Shown in pieces: positions 23,715 through 33,559 of a DNA stretch of 64,000 nucleotides. The notes beneath the pieces are model-generated. The model was given only the letters and a program-made list of their open reading frames with translations, made no database searches and was not told the origin of the DNA. The stretch is from an uncultured Solirubrobacterales bacterium (lineage in GTDB: Bacteria > Actinomycetota > Thermoleophilia > Solirubrobacterales > 70-9), in NCBI GenBank assembly GCA_963842375.1, contig CAWJGB010000013.1, positions 170,665 through 234,664 of the forward strand, given 5' to 3'. Both the position numbers and the translations under genes were made by a program. Within the stretch, counting starts at the first letter, position 1; the number at the start of each line of letters is the position of its first letter.

Positions 23715-25130
23715 GTGGTCGGGGGCGGCGCAGCCGGCCTCTGGACGGCGCTGTGCGCCGCCGAGCGCGGGGGCTCCGTCTGCCTCGTCTCCCGCACCTC
23801 GCTCTCACAGAGCGCCAGCTTCTGGGCTCAGGGAGGCCTGGCGGCGGCGCTGGAGTCGGGCGACTCGCCCGCCCGCCACGCCGCCGACACGATTGCAGCG
23901 GGGCGCGGCCTTTGCCGGCCCTCGGCAGTCCAGGCCCTGGTCGAAGAGGCGCCTGCGGCGGTGCGGGAGCTCCGCGAGCGCGGTGTCGCCTTCGACACCG
24001 ACGAGGATGGAGAGTTGGCGTTGGGGCTGGAGGGTGGCCACACGCGGCGGCGCATCGTCCACTCCGGCGGCAGCCAAACGGGGCACGAGATCACGTCGAA
24101 GCTCGCCGCCATGGTCGCCGCCGAGGGGCGGATAGAGGTGCGCGAGCGGACTTCGGCGACAGCCCTGTGGAGCGACGGCAAGCGCTGCCACGGCGTGCTG
24201 AGCGAGACCGAGGCGATAGCCGCGACGGCGACTGTGCTGGCGACCGGCGGTGCTGCGGCGCTGTGGCGGCGAACGACCAACCCCCGCGGCGCGATCGGCG
24301 CTGGGGCTGTCCTAGGCCAGGCGGCGGGGACCGACCTTGCCGACCTCGAGTTCTGTCAGTTCCACCCGACCGCGCTGGCGTTGCCGGGCACCCGCTATGA
24401 CGGGCTGTTGATAACCGAGGCGGTGCGTGGCGAGGGAGCGACTCTGCTCGACGCCTCCGGCAGGCGGTTCACCGACGAGCTTGCCCCGAGGGACGCGGTC
24501 ACAGCGGCGATCCTCGACCGCATCGAGGCCGACGGCACGGCCCACGTCGAACTCGACCTGTGCGATGTCGACCCGACCCACTTCCCCAATGTGTTCGAGC
24601 TGCTGGTAGAAGCAGGGTTGGAGCCGAGCTCGGCGCCGGTGCCGGTGGCGCCGGCGGCACACTACGTGATGGGGGGGATCGCGGTCGACCTCGACGGGCG
24701 CTCCTCCCTGACGGGGCTCTACGCGGTCGGCGAGTGCTCCTGCACCGGCTTGCACGGCGCCAACCGGCTGGCCTCCAACTCGCTCAGCGAGTGCTTCGTT
24801 TTCGGCGGGCGGGCGGCGCGGGCGGCGGTGGAGGAAAGTGCGACCACACAGCGTCCCCCGCTGCCCGATTGGCGCTTCGACCCTCCCACCGAGGAGTCGC
24901 GGGACGCGGTCTGGCGTTCGGCCGGGCCGCTGCGGCGCGCGGAGGCGCTGAGCGAACTGCGTGGCGACCCCTACCCGCTGGCCCGCGCGATCGCCACCTG
25001 CGCCCTGGAGCGACGCGAGTCTCGCGGCGGACACTTGCGCATCGACTTCCCCGGCACCGACCACGAGTTGGACGGCGTCCACCTCGTTCTTTCCCCCGGC
25101 GGTGACATCCGCCGCGAGCAGTGGCGCTAA
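23715..25130 (+). CDS. nadB: L-aspartate oxidase
   Basis: GGGAAGL dinucleotide-binding motif, GLYAVGECSCTGLHGANRLASNSL, and ESRGGHLR near the C-terminus. The first canonical start (GTG 23715) falls inside the Rossmann beta1 strand; see finding. Confidence 0.85.
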   Translation: MVGGGAAGLWTALCAAERGGSVCLVSRTSLSQSASFWAQGGLAAALESGDSPARHAADTIAAGRGLCRPSAVQALVEEAPAAVRELRERGVAFDTDEDGELALGLEGGHTRRRIVHSGGSQTGHEITSKLAAMVAAEGRIEVRERTSATALWSDGKRCHGVLSETEAIAATATVLATGGAAALWRRTTNPRGAIGAGAVLGQAAGTDLADLEFCQFHPTALALPGTRYDGLLITEAVRGEGATLLDASGRRFTDELAPRDAVTAAILDRIEADGTAHVELDLCDVDPTHFPNVFELLVEAGLEPSSAPVPVAPAAHYVMGGIAVDLDGRSSLTGLYAVGECSCTGLHGANRLASNSLSECFVFGGRAARAAVEESATTQRPPLPDWRFDPPTEESRDAVWRSAGPLRRAEALSELRGDPYPLARAIATCALERRESRGGHLRIDFPGTDHELDGVHLVLSPGGDIRREQWR

Positions 25131-25161
25131 ATGTCGCTCCGAGTCCGGTTAGCTTCAAACG

Positions 25162-27144
25162 ATGCTGCTCGGGGTTGACGTAGGCGGGACCTTCACCGAT
25201 GCGGTCCTCTTCGACGGGGCAACGCTGCATACAGCGAAGGTCCCGACCACCTCCGGAGAGGAGTCGGCCGGGGTGATGACTGCGATCGGGGAGGTGCTGG
25301 AGCGCGCCGGAACGGGCACCGTGGAGGTGGAGGCGTTCGCGCATGGGATGACGGTGGGCACCAACGCGCTGCTGGAGGAACGCGGGGCACGGACGGCGCT
25401 GGTCGCGACGCGCGGCTTCGCCGATCTGCTGGAGATCGGCCGCCAGGGACGGCCCGACCTCTACCGGCTCTGCGAGCCGAAGCCGGCACCGCTCGTCGAG
25501 CCGGAGCTGCGCTTCGAGGCCGACGAGCGGATCGGGCCCGACGGCGTGATCGAATCGCTCAGCGTGGAAGAGCCGGAAAGACTCGCCGCGCTGATCCGCG
25601 AGTGTGGCGCCGAGTCAGTGGCCGTCTGCCTACTCTTCTCATACCTTGATCCCTCCCACGAGCGGCGCGTCGCCGAGTACCTACGCCGCGAGTTGCCGGG
25701 GGTGCACGTCTCCACCTCCCACGAGGTGCTGCCCCGCTTCCGCGAGTTCGAGCGCTGCTCGACGACCACGATCGACGCCTACCTCTCCCCCTTGCTCGGC
25801 CGCTATCTGGGCCGGCTCAGCGATGCCGCGATCGCGGCGGGCCTCCCCCGGCCCCTGGTGATGCAGTCCTCGGGCGGCGTCGCCACGGCAAAGGAAGCGG
25901 CGCGCTCTGGCGCCTGGAGCGTGCTCTCCGGGCCGGCGGGCGGCGCGGTGGGGGCCGGCCTTCTCGCCCGGGTGAGCGGGAACGGCAACGCGATCGGCTT
26001 CGACATGGGAGGGACCTCGTGCGACGTCTGCGTGGTCGAGGACGGCGAGGTGCGTCGCACCGACTCGCGGCGGATAGGTGGCCGCGTTATCCAGCTGCCA
26101 ATGGTCGACGTGCACACAGTCGGGGCGGGCGGCGGTTCGGTCGGCTGGCGCGACCAGGGCGGAGCGCTGCGAGTCGGCCCCCGCTCGGCGGGTGCCGATC
26201 CCGGTCCCGCCTGCTTCGGGCACGGCGGCGTCGAACCGACTGTCACCGACGCCAACCTGCTGCTCGGCTACCTGGCATCGGACACGCGGCTCGCGGGAGG
26301 CGTTGACCTCGACGAGGACGCCGCACAGGCGGCGGTCGCCCGGCTCGCCCGCTCGCTTGGCCTTGGTGAGCTGGACACCGCCGAGGGGATCGTCCGCGTC
26401 GCCAACCAAGAGATGGTGCAGGCGCTGCGCGTCGTAACTGTCGAGCGCGGCGTCGACCCGCGCCGCTTTGCGTTGCTCCCCTTCGGTGGCGCCGGCCCGA
26501 TGCACGCCGCCGCGATCGCCGCCGAGCTGGAGATCGAAACTATCCTCTGCCCGCGTGCCGGCGGAGTCCTTTCAGCGCTCGGCCTCTGCGCCTCAGACCG
26601 CCGCCGCGACACCACCCGCACGGTGATGCTGAGCGGTGAGAAGCTGAGCGGCGAACGGATCGCCCGCGAGGTCGAGGAGCTGATCGACCGGGCCGGACGC
26701 GACCTGCCCAACGCGACGCCCGAAGTCGCCTACGAGATGCGCTACCGGGGGCAGGCCTTCGAGCTGACCGTCCCGGGGCCGCTCGACCCCGACCCGGCCG
26801 ACCTGCTGGAGAGATTCGCCGCCGCCCACGAGGAGCGCTACGGCTACAGCGACCCAGATGGCGAAGTCGAGTTGGTCCATATCGACTTGGGGATGGTTGT
26901 CCCCGGCTCGCAGCCGCGACCCGCAGCGGCCACAGAGGAGGGCCTGTCCAAGAGCGGGCGGAGCGCGCGCTTCGGCGGCGAGTGGCTCGACGCCCACGTC
27001 CTGCGCGGAGAGCCGCACGCCGGCGACCGGACCGAGGGGCCGGCGATCTTTGAGCTGCCCGAGTCGACGCTGTTGCTGCCGCCAGGCTGGCGGGCCGAAG
27101 TCGACGGCGCAGGGACGATCGTGGCGCAGAGGAGCGGCTCCTGA
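25162..27144 (+). CDS. hyuA: Hydantoinase/oxoprolinase family, A subunit
   Basis: MLLGVDVGGTFTDAVLFDG N-terminus. 660 aa. Followed directly by the B subunit. Confidence 0.88.
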   Translation: MLLGVDVGGTFTDAVLFDGATLHTAKVPTTSGEESAGVMTAIGEVLERAGTGTVEVEAFAHGMTVGTNALLEERGARTALVATRGFADLLEIGRQGRPDLYRLCEPKPAPLVEPELRFEADERIGPDGVIESLSVEEPERLAALIRECGAESVAVCLLFSYLDPSHERRVAEYLRRELPGVHVSTSHEVLPRFREFERCSTTTIDAYLSPLLGRYLGRLSDAAIAAGLPRPLVMQSSGGVATAKEAARSGAWSVLSGPAGGAVGAGLLARVSGNGNAIGFDMGGTSCDVCVVEDGEVRRTDSRRIGGRVIQLPMVDVHTVGAGGGSVGWRDQGGALRVGPRSAGADPGPACFGHGGVEPTVTDANLLLGYLASDTRLAGGVDLDEDAAQAAVARLARSLGLGELDTAEGIVRVANQEMVQALRVVTVERGVDPRRFALLPFGGAGPMHAAAIAAELEIETILCPRAGGVLSALGLCASDRRRDTTRTVMLSGEKLSGERIAREVEELIDRAGRDLPNATPEVAYEMRYRGQAFELTVPGPLDPDPADLLERFAAAHEERYGYSDPDGEVELVHIDLGMVVPGSQPRPAAATEEGLSKSGRSARFGGEWLDAHVLRGEPHAGDRTEGPAIFELPESTLLLPPGWRAEVDGAGTIVAQRSGS

Positions 27145-27146
27145 GC

Positions 27147-28646
27147 ATGGACCCGATCGCCCTGCAAGTGATGACCGGCGGACTTCGTGCCGCCTGCGAA
27201 GAGATGGGGGCGGTCCTGATCCGGGCCTCTCACTCGGCCAACATCAAGGAGCGCCGGGACTGCTCGACCGCGTTGTTCGACGCCGCCGGGGAGATGGTCA
27301 TGCAGGCCGAGCACATCCCGGTCCACCTCGGCTCGATGCCGGAGGCAGTGGCTGCAGTCCTCGACCGTGATCACCGACCAGGCGATGCCTGGATTCTCAA
27401 CGACCCCTACCAGGGCGGCACGCACCTGCCGGACATCACCCTGATCAGCCCCGTCTTCGCCGCCAGCGCCCTGCTCGGCTTCGCCGCGAGCCGCGCCCAC
27501 CACGCCGACGTCGGCGGGCCGACGCCCGGTGGGATGCCGGCCCACTCCATCCGTCTTCAGGAGGAGGGTGTCGTGATCCCCCCGACTCGAGCCGACGAGG
27601 AGACACTGCGCGAGCTTGCAACGCGGATGCGCTCTCCGCGGCAGCGACTCGCCGACCTGCGCGCCCAGCGCGCCGCCAACCGGATCGGCGCGAAGCGGCT
27701 CGCAGCGCTGGCGGAGCACCACGGCCTGGGCGAGCTGCGCGCCGGAATGGCCGCGACTCTCGATTACGCGGAGCGGCGCACCCGCGCCGCGCTCGCTGCC
27801 CTGCCCGACGGCGCCTACGAGGCCGAGGATGTGCTGGAGGACGACTTCGGCGGCGTCGCGCGGGACCTGAGGCTTCGAGTTCGGGCGATAGTCGCGGGCG
27901 AGAGTCTGAGGCTCGACTTCGGCGGCACCGACCCACAGGTCGAGGGCAACCTCAACTGCCCACTGCCGGTGACCAGGTCAGCGGCCTTCTTCGCGGTGCG
28001 AGCGCTTCTCGATCCCGACGCGCCCCCCTCGGCCGGAGCCTATCGGCCGATCGAGGTGATCGCCCCACCGGGCTGCCTGCTCAACGCCCTCTCTCCTGCA
28101 GCCGTGGCGGCGGGAAATGTCGAGACCTCCAGCCGAGTCGCCGACCTGACGATCGCGGCGCTCGGCGGCGCCCGCCCGGTGCCCGCGCAGGGCCAGGGGA
28201 CGATGAACAACCTCATCCTTGCCGGGGAGGGCTTCACCTACTACGAGACGCTAGGCGGCGGCCAGGGGGGCTGTCCAGACGCCGACGGGCCAAGCGCAAT
28301 CCACGTCGCGATGTCGAACACGCTCAACACCCCGGTGGAGGCGCTGGAGGCCGAGCTGCCGTTGCGGGTGCGCGAGCTCTCGGTCCGGCGGGGCAGCGGC
28401 GGCGCCGGGCTACACCGGGGCGGCGACGGGATCGCCCGCGAGATCGAGGCCCTGGCGCCAATGCGCTTCACCCTGATCGCCGAGCGCCGCCGCCACCCCC
28501 CTCGTGGCCGCGAAGGAGGCGCCGACGGGGCACCGGGACGCGACTTCTTGAATGGCGAGCCGCTGCCAGGCAAGGCTGAAGGGACACTGAAGCCCGGCGA
28601 CGTGTTGCGGATCGAGACGCCCGGCGGCGGCGGGTACGCCCGATAG
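27147..28646 (+). CDS. hyuB: Hydantoinase/oxoprolinase family, B subunit
   Basis: MDPIALQVMTGGLRAACEEMGAVLIRASHSANIKERRDCSTALFD is typical of the HyuB N-terminus. Confidence 0.88.
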   Translation: MDPIALQVMTGGLRAACEEMGAVLIRASHSANIKERRDCSTALFDAAGEMVMQAEHIPVHLGSMPEAVAAVLDRDHRPGDAWILNDPYQGGTHLPDITLISPVFAASALLGFAASRAHHADVGGPTPGGMPAHSIRLQEEGVVIPPTRADEETLRELATRMRSPRQRLADLRAQRAANRIGAKRLAALAEHHGLGELRAGMAATLDYAERRTRAALAALPDGAYEAEDVLEDDFGGVARDLRLRVRAIVAGESLRLDFGGTDPQVEGNLNCPLPVTRSAAFFAVRALLDPDAPPSAGAYRPIEVIAPPGCLLNALSPAAVAAGNVETSSRVADLTIAALGGARPVPAQGQGTMNNLILAGEGFTYYETLGGGQGGCPDADGPSAIHVAMSNTLNTPVEALEAELPLRVRELSVRRGSGGAGLHRGGDGIAREIEALAPMRFTLIAERRRHPPRGREGGADGAPGRDFLNGEPLPGKAEGTLKPGDVLRIETPGGGGYAR

Positions 28647-28667
28647 ACACATTTAAGAAGGTTTAAT

Positions 28668-28696
28668 TTGGCGATTCGGCCGAGCTCGTCTAGAAT
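28668..28696 (+). promoter_or_regulatory. Sigma-70-like promoter candidate (TTGGCG - 17 nt - TAGAAT)
   Basis: Read directly in the only AT-rich patch between hyuB and the next gene, about 90 nt upstream of ATG 28790. Confidence 0.4.
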
Positions 28697-28789
28697 CTCC
28701 AACCTGGGCGGACCTACTGCCCAGACGGGGTTCGAGGCGTCCTCTCCCAGTCACCGGATTCACCGACCTTCTCAGGTACAGCTTCCCAA

Positions 28790-29422
28790 ATGCCGATCGC
28801 TTTCAAGGAATGGGCCGTAACGGTGCGTGCGCTCGCCGAGGGTGAGCAGCTGCTCACCCTCCGCAAGGGCGGAATCCGCGAGGAGAACAAGCATTTCGAG
28901 CTCGAGCACGAGCGCTTCTTCCTCTACCCGACCTTCGACCACCAGCGCAACGACCTGGTGCGTGAGTCCCACCACCCAGAGCTGCGCCGCGCGCTCGAAG
29001 AGGGCGTCTGGCCGGACGAGGAGCCGCCGCCCCGGGCGCTGATCCAAGACGGCGGCATATCCCAGCCCGACCGTGTACGCCTTCGGGCCTGGGCCGAGGT
29101 GACCGACCACTTCACGATCACCGACCGCCGCGCGCTCGACTCCCTCTCCCCCTTTTACGTCTGGACCCCCGACTACGCCGAGAAACGGCTTAACTGGAAG
29201 CGGCGTCACCCGCTGCACGTCCTCCTACTGCGGGTCCACCGCATCCCCCGTCCGGTCACGGTGCGAGTCCGCGACGAGTACCACGGCTGCCGCTCCTGGG
29301 TTGAGATCGACCGCGACCTTCCTTTCGAGGGGACGCCGGTGATGGCCGACGAGGAGTTCGACCGGGCCCGGCAGGAGATCCAGTCGGTCTGCGCCGTCAA
29401 CGCCGAGCCGGTGCTGGTCTAA
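28790..29422 (+). CDS. DUF1802-like protein
   Basis: MPIAFKEWAVTVRALAEGEQLLTLRKGGIRE...FFLYPTFDHQ matches my recollection of the DUF1802 N-terminal signature. Confidence 0.7.
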   Translation: MPIAFKEWAVTVRALAEGEQLLTLRKGGIREENKHFELEHERFFLYPTFDHQRNDLVRESHHPELRRALEEGVWPDEEPPPRALIQDGGISQPDRVRLRAWAEVTDHFTITDRRALDSLSPFYVWTPDYAEKRLNWKRRHPLHVLLLRVHRIPRPVTVRVRDEYHGCRSWVEIDRDLPFEGTPVMADEEFDRARQEIQSVCAVNAEPVLV

Positions 29423-29439
29423 GACCGCCTTAGACACGG

Positions 29440-29577
29440 CCCCCAACGCTTCTCGTTGAGCATTCTGACCCGCGGCGTTGTCTCGCTTCCTGGGGCAAAC
29501 CGCGACCGCAGCGACCACCCCACTCTGCACAGCCCAACGCGATCACCCTCAGAATGCTCTGTTAGATGCGTTGGGGG
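29440..29577. repeat. Long-range inverted repeat (10 bp + 11 bp helices) enclosing about 80 nt
   Basis: cccccaacgc 29440-29449 pairs with gcgttggggg 29568-29577. gagcattctga 29458-29468 pairs with tcagaatgctc 29549-29559. Both pairs are perfect. Confidence 0.75.
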
Positions 29578-29601
29578 GGACACGGCTAGTACGCTCGGCT
29601 C

Positions 29602-30357
29602 GTGTCCTGGGTCGAGACGAAGTCCCTCGGTTTCACCGCACGTCACGACAGCGGCGACACCGCTTTCGCCGAGCGCACGCTCGACCGGATGGAGGACCTG
29701 CGGCTGCGCCTCGAGGACCGCTTCGAGCTCGTGCCCGGAGACGTCACCGTCGTCGTCCACACCAACCCGGCCTGGCTGGCGATGGCCCACCCCTTCCTGC
29801 CGGCGGCGCGCTGGTCGGCGGCGCCAGCCGGGCGACGCTACCTGGCCGGCTGGGCGATGGCGACTGAGCTGCACGTCCTCAACGACCCCCACATGGAGCG
29901 CCGCGCTGCGGGGGACGACTCGCGCGAGGCGCTGCGCGGCACCGCCGAGCGGCTCTACGCACAGCTCGTGATCGCCGCCAACAACCCGGACCTCCCACCC
30001 TCCTGGACGCCACGCCGCTTTGCCCGCTACCTGAGCTGGGCCTGGCTGGCGGAGGGCGGCGCCCAGTACTTCGCCCGCCAGGTCGGGCTCTACCGGGCGG
30101 CGGTGATCCGCCGGCTAAGGGAGAGCGCCCGCCCTTCCTTTCCCCCCTCGCGCCGGGACGCGGTGATCCTCGGCGGCACGATCTTCGACCTGCTGGAGAA
30201 CGAACGCGGCCCAGAAGCCTGCCGGCAGCTCGCCTTGCGACTGCTACCCGGCGGCGCGAAGCCGACTCTGGAAGCCGCCTTCGAGGCCCGCATCGGCGAG
30301 ATCGAGTCGGCCTGGCGCGACCACCTGCGCGCGATCGCCCGGCCCAGCGTCGACTAG
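29602..30357 (+). CDS. Hypothetical protein
   Basis: 251-aa ORF with a GTG start and good third-position GC. No motif recognised. Confidence 0.65.
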   Translation: MSWVETKSLGFTARHDSGDTAFAERTLDRMEDLRLRLEDRFELVPGDVTVVVHTNPAWLAMAHPFLPAARWSAAPAGRRYLAGWAMATELHVLNDPHMERRAAGDDSREALRGTAERLYAQLVIAANNPDLPPSWTPRRFARYLSWAWLAEGGAQYFARQVGLYRAAVIRRLRESARPSFPPSRRDAVILGGTIFDLLENERGPEACRQLALRLLPGGAKPTLEAAFEARIGEIESAWRDHLRAIARPSVD

Positions 30358-30677
30358 CTGCCGCCCGGAGTTCCCTCGAGCACTTCGCGCGCTCTTCTCA
30401 CCGCCTCTTCGGCGACGAACACTTGGCGAGGCCCGACCGGCATGAACTCCGGCACGTCGAAACCAGGCCCCCGCTTCAGCATGCTGGGAATACCGTGCTC
30501 AGAGAGCAGGCCCTGAATCATTTCGGCCTCCACCTGGCTTGGGGCGAAAGCGATTTTGACCAGCTTGCCGCCGCCACCGCCGCCGCCACCGTCGTCGTGC
30601 TCGTCCGAGCCGCCACCACCATTGGCGCCCGTGGCACGGGAACCGCGACTGTGGCTATGAGATAGCGACCTCGGCAT
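30354..30677 (-). CDS. DUF2007-like small protein with a Gly-rich N-terminal tail
   Basis: KLVKIAFAPSQVEAEMIQGLLSEHGIPSMLK... core. It overlaps the mec stop by 23 nt. Confidence 0.65.
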   Translation of the reverse strand: MPRSLSHSHSRGSRATGANGGGGSDEHDDGGGGGGGGKLVKIAFAPSQVEAEMIQGLLSEHGIPSMLKRGPGFDVPEFMPVGPRQVFVAEEAVRRAREVLEGTPGGS

Positions 30678-31071
30678 CGGCGATCCTCAGATCCCTTAGA
30701 AGGTACGCCTTCACGTCCGGTGCGTCATCGTCGGCCAGCGAGACGATCAGATAGATCTGTTCGGGCCAGGCAACCGCCAGGTTGACGTCGGTCTGCGACG
30801 GATAGGCGGCGCTCTTGGTGTGAGAGTGGTAGATCGCCAGCAACTCGCCACCCTCATCTTCGATCGCTTTCAGTGCGTTGTACTGCTCCTGCGGATCCAT
30901 TTCGTAGCGCAGCGGGCTCGCCGCCGCATTGGAGACCGGGATGACGACGTTTGCCTCGCCGTCCCTTCCGCCAACCAACCCGCAGCACTCGTCGGGGAGA
31001 TCCTCCCGCGCGTGGGCAACCATCTCGTCGATCAGCTGCTGCGAAATCCGCACTAATTCCCCAGCTACCAC
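30655..31071 (-). CDS. mec: JAMM/MPN+ metalloprotease (Mec-type CysO-processing hydrolase)
   Basis: CCGLVGG...HSHTKSAAYPSQTD JAMM motif. The start was set to GTG 31071, which overlaps the cysM stop (gtggtag). Confidence 0.85.
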   Translation of the reverse strand: MVAGELVRISQQLIDEMVAHAREDLPDECCGLVGGRDGEANVVIPVSNAAASPLRYEMDPQEQYNALKAIEDEGGELLAIYHSHTKSAAYPSQTDVNLAVAWPEQIYLIVSLADDDAPDVKAYLLRDLRIADAEVAIS

Positions 31072-32030
31072 CAGACGGTGGAGTCCAAGTTCTCGATCTC
31101 CTCGATCGGCTTGGTGTAGACCCCCGAGGAGAGGTACTTCCAACCATCGTCGGGGATCAGGAAGACGACGTTGCCACCCTCCAGCTCGCCAGCGATCCGC
31201 ACCGCGATCGTGGCAATCGCACCGGAGGAGACGCCGGCGAAGACCCCCTCCTCGTCGAGCAGCCGCCTGGTCCAGACGATCGCGTCGCGGTTGGAGACCA
31301 TGATCTTGCGGTCGAGGATGGAGAGGTCGATAATCGGCGGGATGAAGCCATCGTCGAGAGATCGCAGGCCGTGCACCATCTCCCCCTGCATCGGCTCGGC
31401 GGCGACGATCAGAGTCGCGGGGTTGGCCTCCTTGAGGCGCCGGCCGTTGCCCATCAGCGTTCCACCGGTGCCGAGCCCGCCGACGAAGGCGGTCACCTCG
31501 TCCAGCTCTTCGAGGATCTCGACCGCGGTGCCCTCGTAGTGGGCGCGGGGGTTGGCCTCGTTGCCGTACTGGTACGGCATATAGTAGGCGGGGTCCTTGG
31601 CCATCTCCAGCGCCACCTCGACCGCGCCGTTGGAGCCCTTGGCGCCCTCCGAGTAGACGATCTCCGCCCCGTACATCCGCAATAGCTGAGTGCGCTCCTT
31701 GGTGACGTTGTCCGGCATCACCACCTTCAGCGGGTAGCCCCTGCGGCGACAGATCATCGCCAGCGAGATGCCGGTGTTGCCGGAGGTCGGCTCAAGGATC
31801 GTCTGCCCTGGCTCGATCAGCCCCTCGGCCTCGGCCGACTCGATCATCGACTTGGCGACCCGGTCCTTGACAGACCCGGTCGGGTTGCGGCCCTCGAGCT
31901 TGGCGTAGATCCGCACCTGGGGCTTGGGCGAGAGGCGTGGCAGCTCGACTAAAGGGGTGTTGCCGATCGACTCGACGATGCTGCCGAAGCGCCCCCCACA
32001 GGGTCGTTTCTGAAGGCCCTCCAGCGTCAC
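31065..32030 (-). CDS. cysM: Cysteine synthase, CysM type (PLP-dependent)
   Basis: IGNTPLVELPRL...KLEGRNPTGSVKDR...EPTSGNTGISLA. GTG 32030 is the only canonical start that does not overlap cysO. Confidence 0.9.
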   Translation of the reverse strand: MTLEGLQKRPCGGRFGSIVESIGNTPLVELPRLSPKPQVRIYAKLEGRNPTGSVKDRVAKSMIESAEAEGLIEPGQTILEPTSGNTGISLAMICRRRGYPLKVVMPDNVTKERTQLLRMYGAEIVYSEGAKGSNGAVEVALEMAKDPAYYMPYQYGNEANPRAHYEGTAVEILEELDEVTAFVGGLGTGGTLMGNGRRLKEANPATLIVAAEPMQGEMVHGLRSLDDGFIPPIIDLSILDRKIMVSNRDAIVWTRRLLDEEGVFAGVSSGAIATIAVRIAGELEGGNVVFLIPDDGWKYLSSGVYTKPIEEIENLDSTVWW

Positions 32031-32045
32031 TTCAAAAAGTATAGC
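32029..32045 (-). promoter_or_regulatory. AT-rich 17-mer gctatactttttgaagt (coding-strand reading) abutting the cysM start codon
   Basis: Identical to the 17-mer at 33560-33576. It contains TATACT ending 7 nt before GTG 32030. Confidence 0.45.
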
Positions 32046-32073
32046 CCGGTTGCTGGACCGGCTTGCAGACGCC

Positions 32074-32346
32074 TCAGCCGCCGGCCATCGCCGGCAGGAT
32101 GACCACGGTGTCGCCGTCGGCGACGGCGGTGTCAAGGCCATCGAGCACGCGCACGTCCTCGTCGTTTAGGTAGACGTTGACGTAGCGGATGAGGCCGCCG
32201 TCGGGGTCAAAGAGCTGGCCCTCGGTGTCGGGGTGCTCGGCGGTGAGTGCGCGCAGGATCTCACCAACGCTGGAGCCGCCGACCTCGACCTCGGGCCGAC
32301 CGCCAGTCTGAGGGCGTAGGACCGGTGGGATGCGGACGGTAGCCAT
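32074..32346 (-). CDS. cysO: MoaD/ThiS-family sulfur-carrier protein with C-terminal GG (CysO type)
   Basis: 90 aa ending ...VVILPAMAGG. It sits between moeZ and cysM. Confidence 0.88.
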   Translation of the reverse strand: MATVRIPPVLRPQTGGRPEVEVGGSSVGEILRALTAEHPDTEGQLFDPDGGLIRYVNVYLNDEDVRVLDGLDTAVADGDTVVILPAMAGG

Positions 32347-32365
32347 CGAGCCCCGAACCTACCGG

Positions 32366-33532
32366 CTAACCGGCGCAGAAGAGCTCGTAGTCGGGGAACT
32401 TGCCCAGCTCGGACTCGGGGATCTCGGGCGCGTTCTCTCCGCAGATCGGGCAGTCAGGGTCGCGCCGCACTTTCAGCTCGGTGAAGCGGGTGCTGAGCGC
32501 CTCGAAGAGGAGGAGGCGGCCGACCAGCGGCTCGCCGACGCCGAGCACCAGCTTGATCACCTCGTTTGCCTGGAGCAGGCCCATCGTCCCGGCCATCACC
32601 CCAAGCACGCCGTTGGCGGAGCAACTCGGCGCCAGCTCGGCAGGCGGCGGGGTCGGGTAGAGGCAGCGGTAGCAGGGTCCCTCGAAGGGGAGAAAGGTGG
32701 AGATCTGCCCATCGAAGCTGAGGATCGAGGCGGAGACGACCGGCTTGCGGAGGCGCACCGAAGCATCGTTGAGCAGATAGCGGGTGGGAAAGTTGTCGGC
32801 GCCATCGACAATCACGTCGTATTCCTCGATGACGTCGAGGATGTTGGAGGCGTCGAGGCGCATCCGATGCTCGACTACGTCGACATCCGGGTTGAGCGCC
32901 TCAATCGTGAGGCGCGCCGACTCGGTCTTCGGCATCCCGATCCGCTCGGTGTTGTGGATCACCTGACGCTGGAGATTGGAGGCGTCGACCACGTCGTCAT
33001 CGACAAGCCCGAGCGTACCGATGCCGGCCGCCGCCAGGTAGAGCGCAGTGGGGGCGCCGAGCCCACCGGCGCCGACCAGCAGGACCTTCGCGTTCAGCAG
33101 CTTCAGCTGACCGTCGACGCCGACCTCGGGGAGAAGCGTGTGGCGGGAATAGCGGTCGCGCTGCTCGGCGGTCATTCCCTGGGCGGCGAGGACCGGCAGC
33201 CCCTGTTCCTGCCAGGCGAGAATGCCGCCTGCCATCGAGGCGACGTCCTCGTAGCCCAGCTCCTGCAACTGAGCGGCGGCGATCGCGGAGCGGTTGCCGC
33301 TGCGGCAGTAGAGGATTGTGCGGGCCGAACGGTCGGGAGCGCCGGAGGCGATCTCGCCGACGAGCAAGCCCGGCGGTACGAGCTTTGCTCCCTCAAGGTG
33401 GGCCTCCCGGTACTCGTGCGGCTCGCGAGTGTCGATCAAGACGACGTCGCCGCCTTCGATCTCCTCCGCGGCCTCGAACGGCTCGATCTCCTCGATCTGG
33501 GTCTGGGTGCCCACCTCGGCGCTGGTCGCCAT
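32366..33532 (-). CDS. moeZ: MoeZ/MoeB-like adenylyltransferase/sulfurtransferase with the rhodanese domain at the N-terminus
   Basis: Rhodanese loop YCRSGNRS at about aa 75. ThiF core LLVGAGGLGAP...DDDVVDASNLQRQ. Two CxxC pairs (CYRC, CPIC). Confidence 0.88.
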   Translation of the reverse strand: MATSAEVGTQTQIEEIEPFEAAEEIEGGDVVLIDTREPHEYREAHLEGAKLVPPGLLVGEIASGAPDRSARTILYCRSGNRSAIAAAQLQELGYEDVASMAGGILAWQEQGLPVLAAQGMTAEQRDRYSRHTLLPEVGVDGQLKLLNAKVLLVGAGGLGAPTALYLAAAGIGTLGLVDDDVVDASNLQRQVIHNTERIGMPKTESARLTIEALNPDVDVVEHRMRLDASNILDVIEEYDVIVDGADNFPTRYLLNDASVRLRKPVVSASILSFDGQISTFLPFEGPCYRCLYPTPPPAELAPSCSANGVLGVMAGTMGLLQANEVIKLVLGVGEPLVGRLLLFEALSTRFTELKVRRDPDCPICGENAPEIPESELGKFPDYELFCAG

Positions 33533-33559
33533 TGAATCTCCTAAATCCGGATCGGCTTT

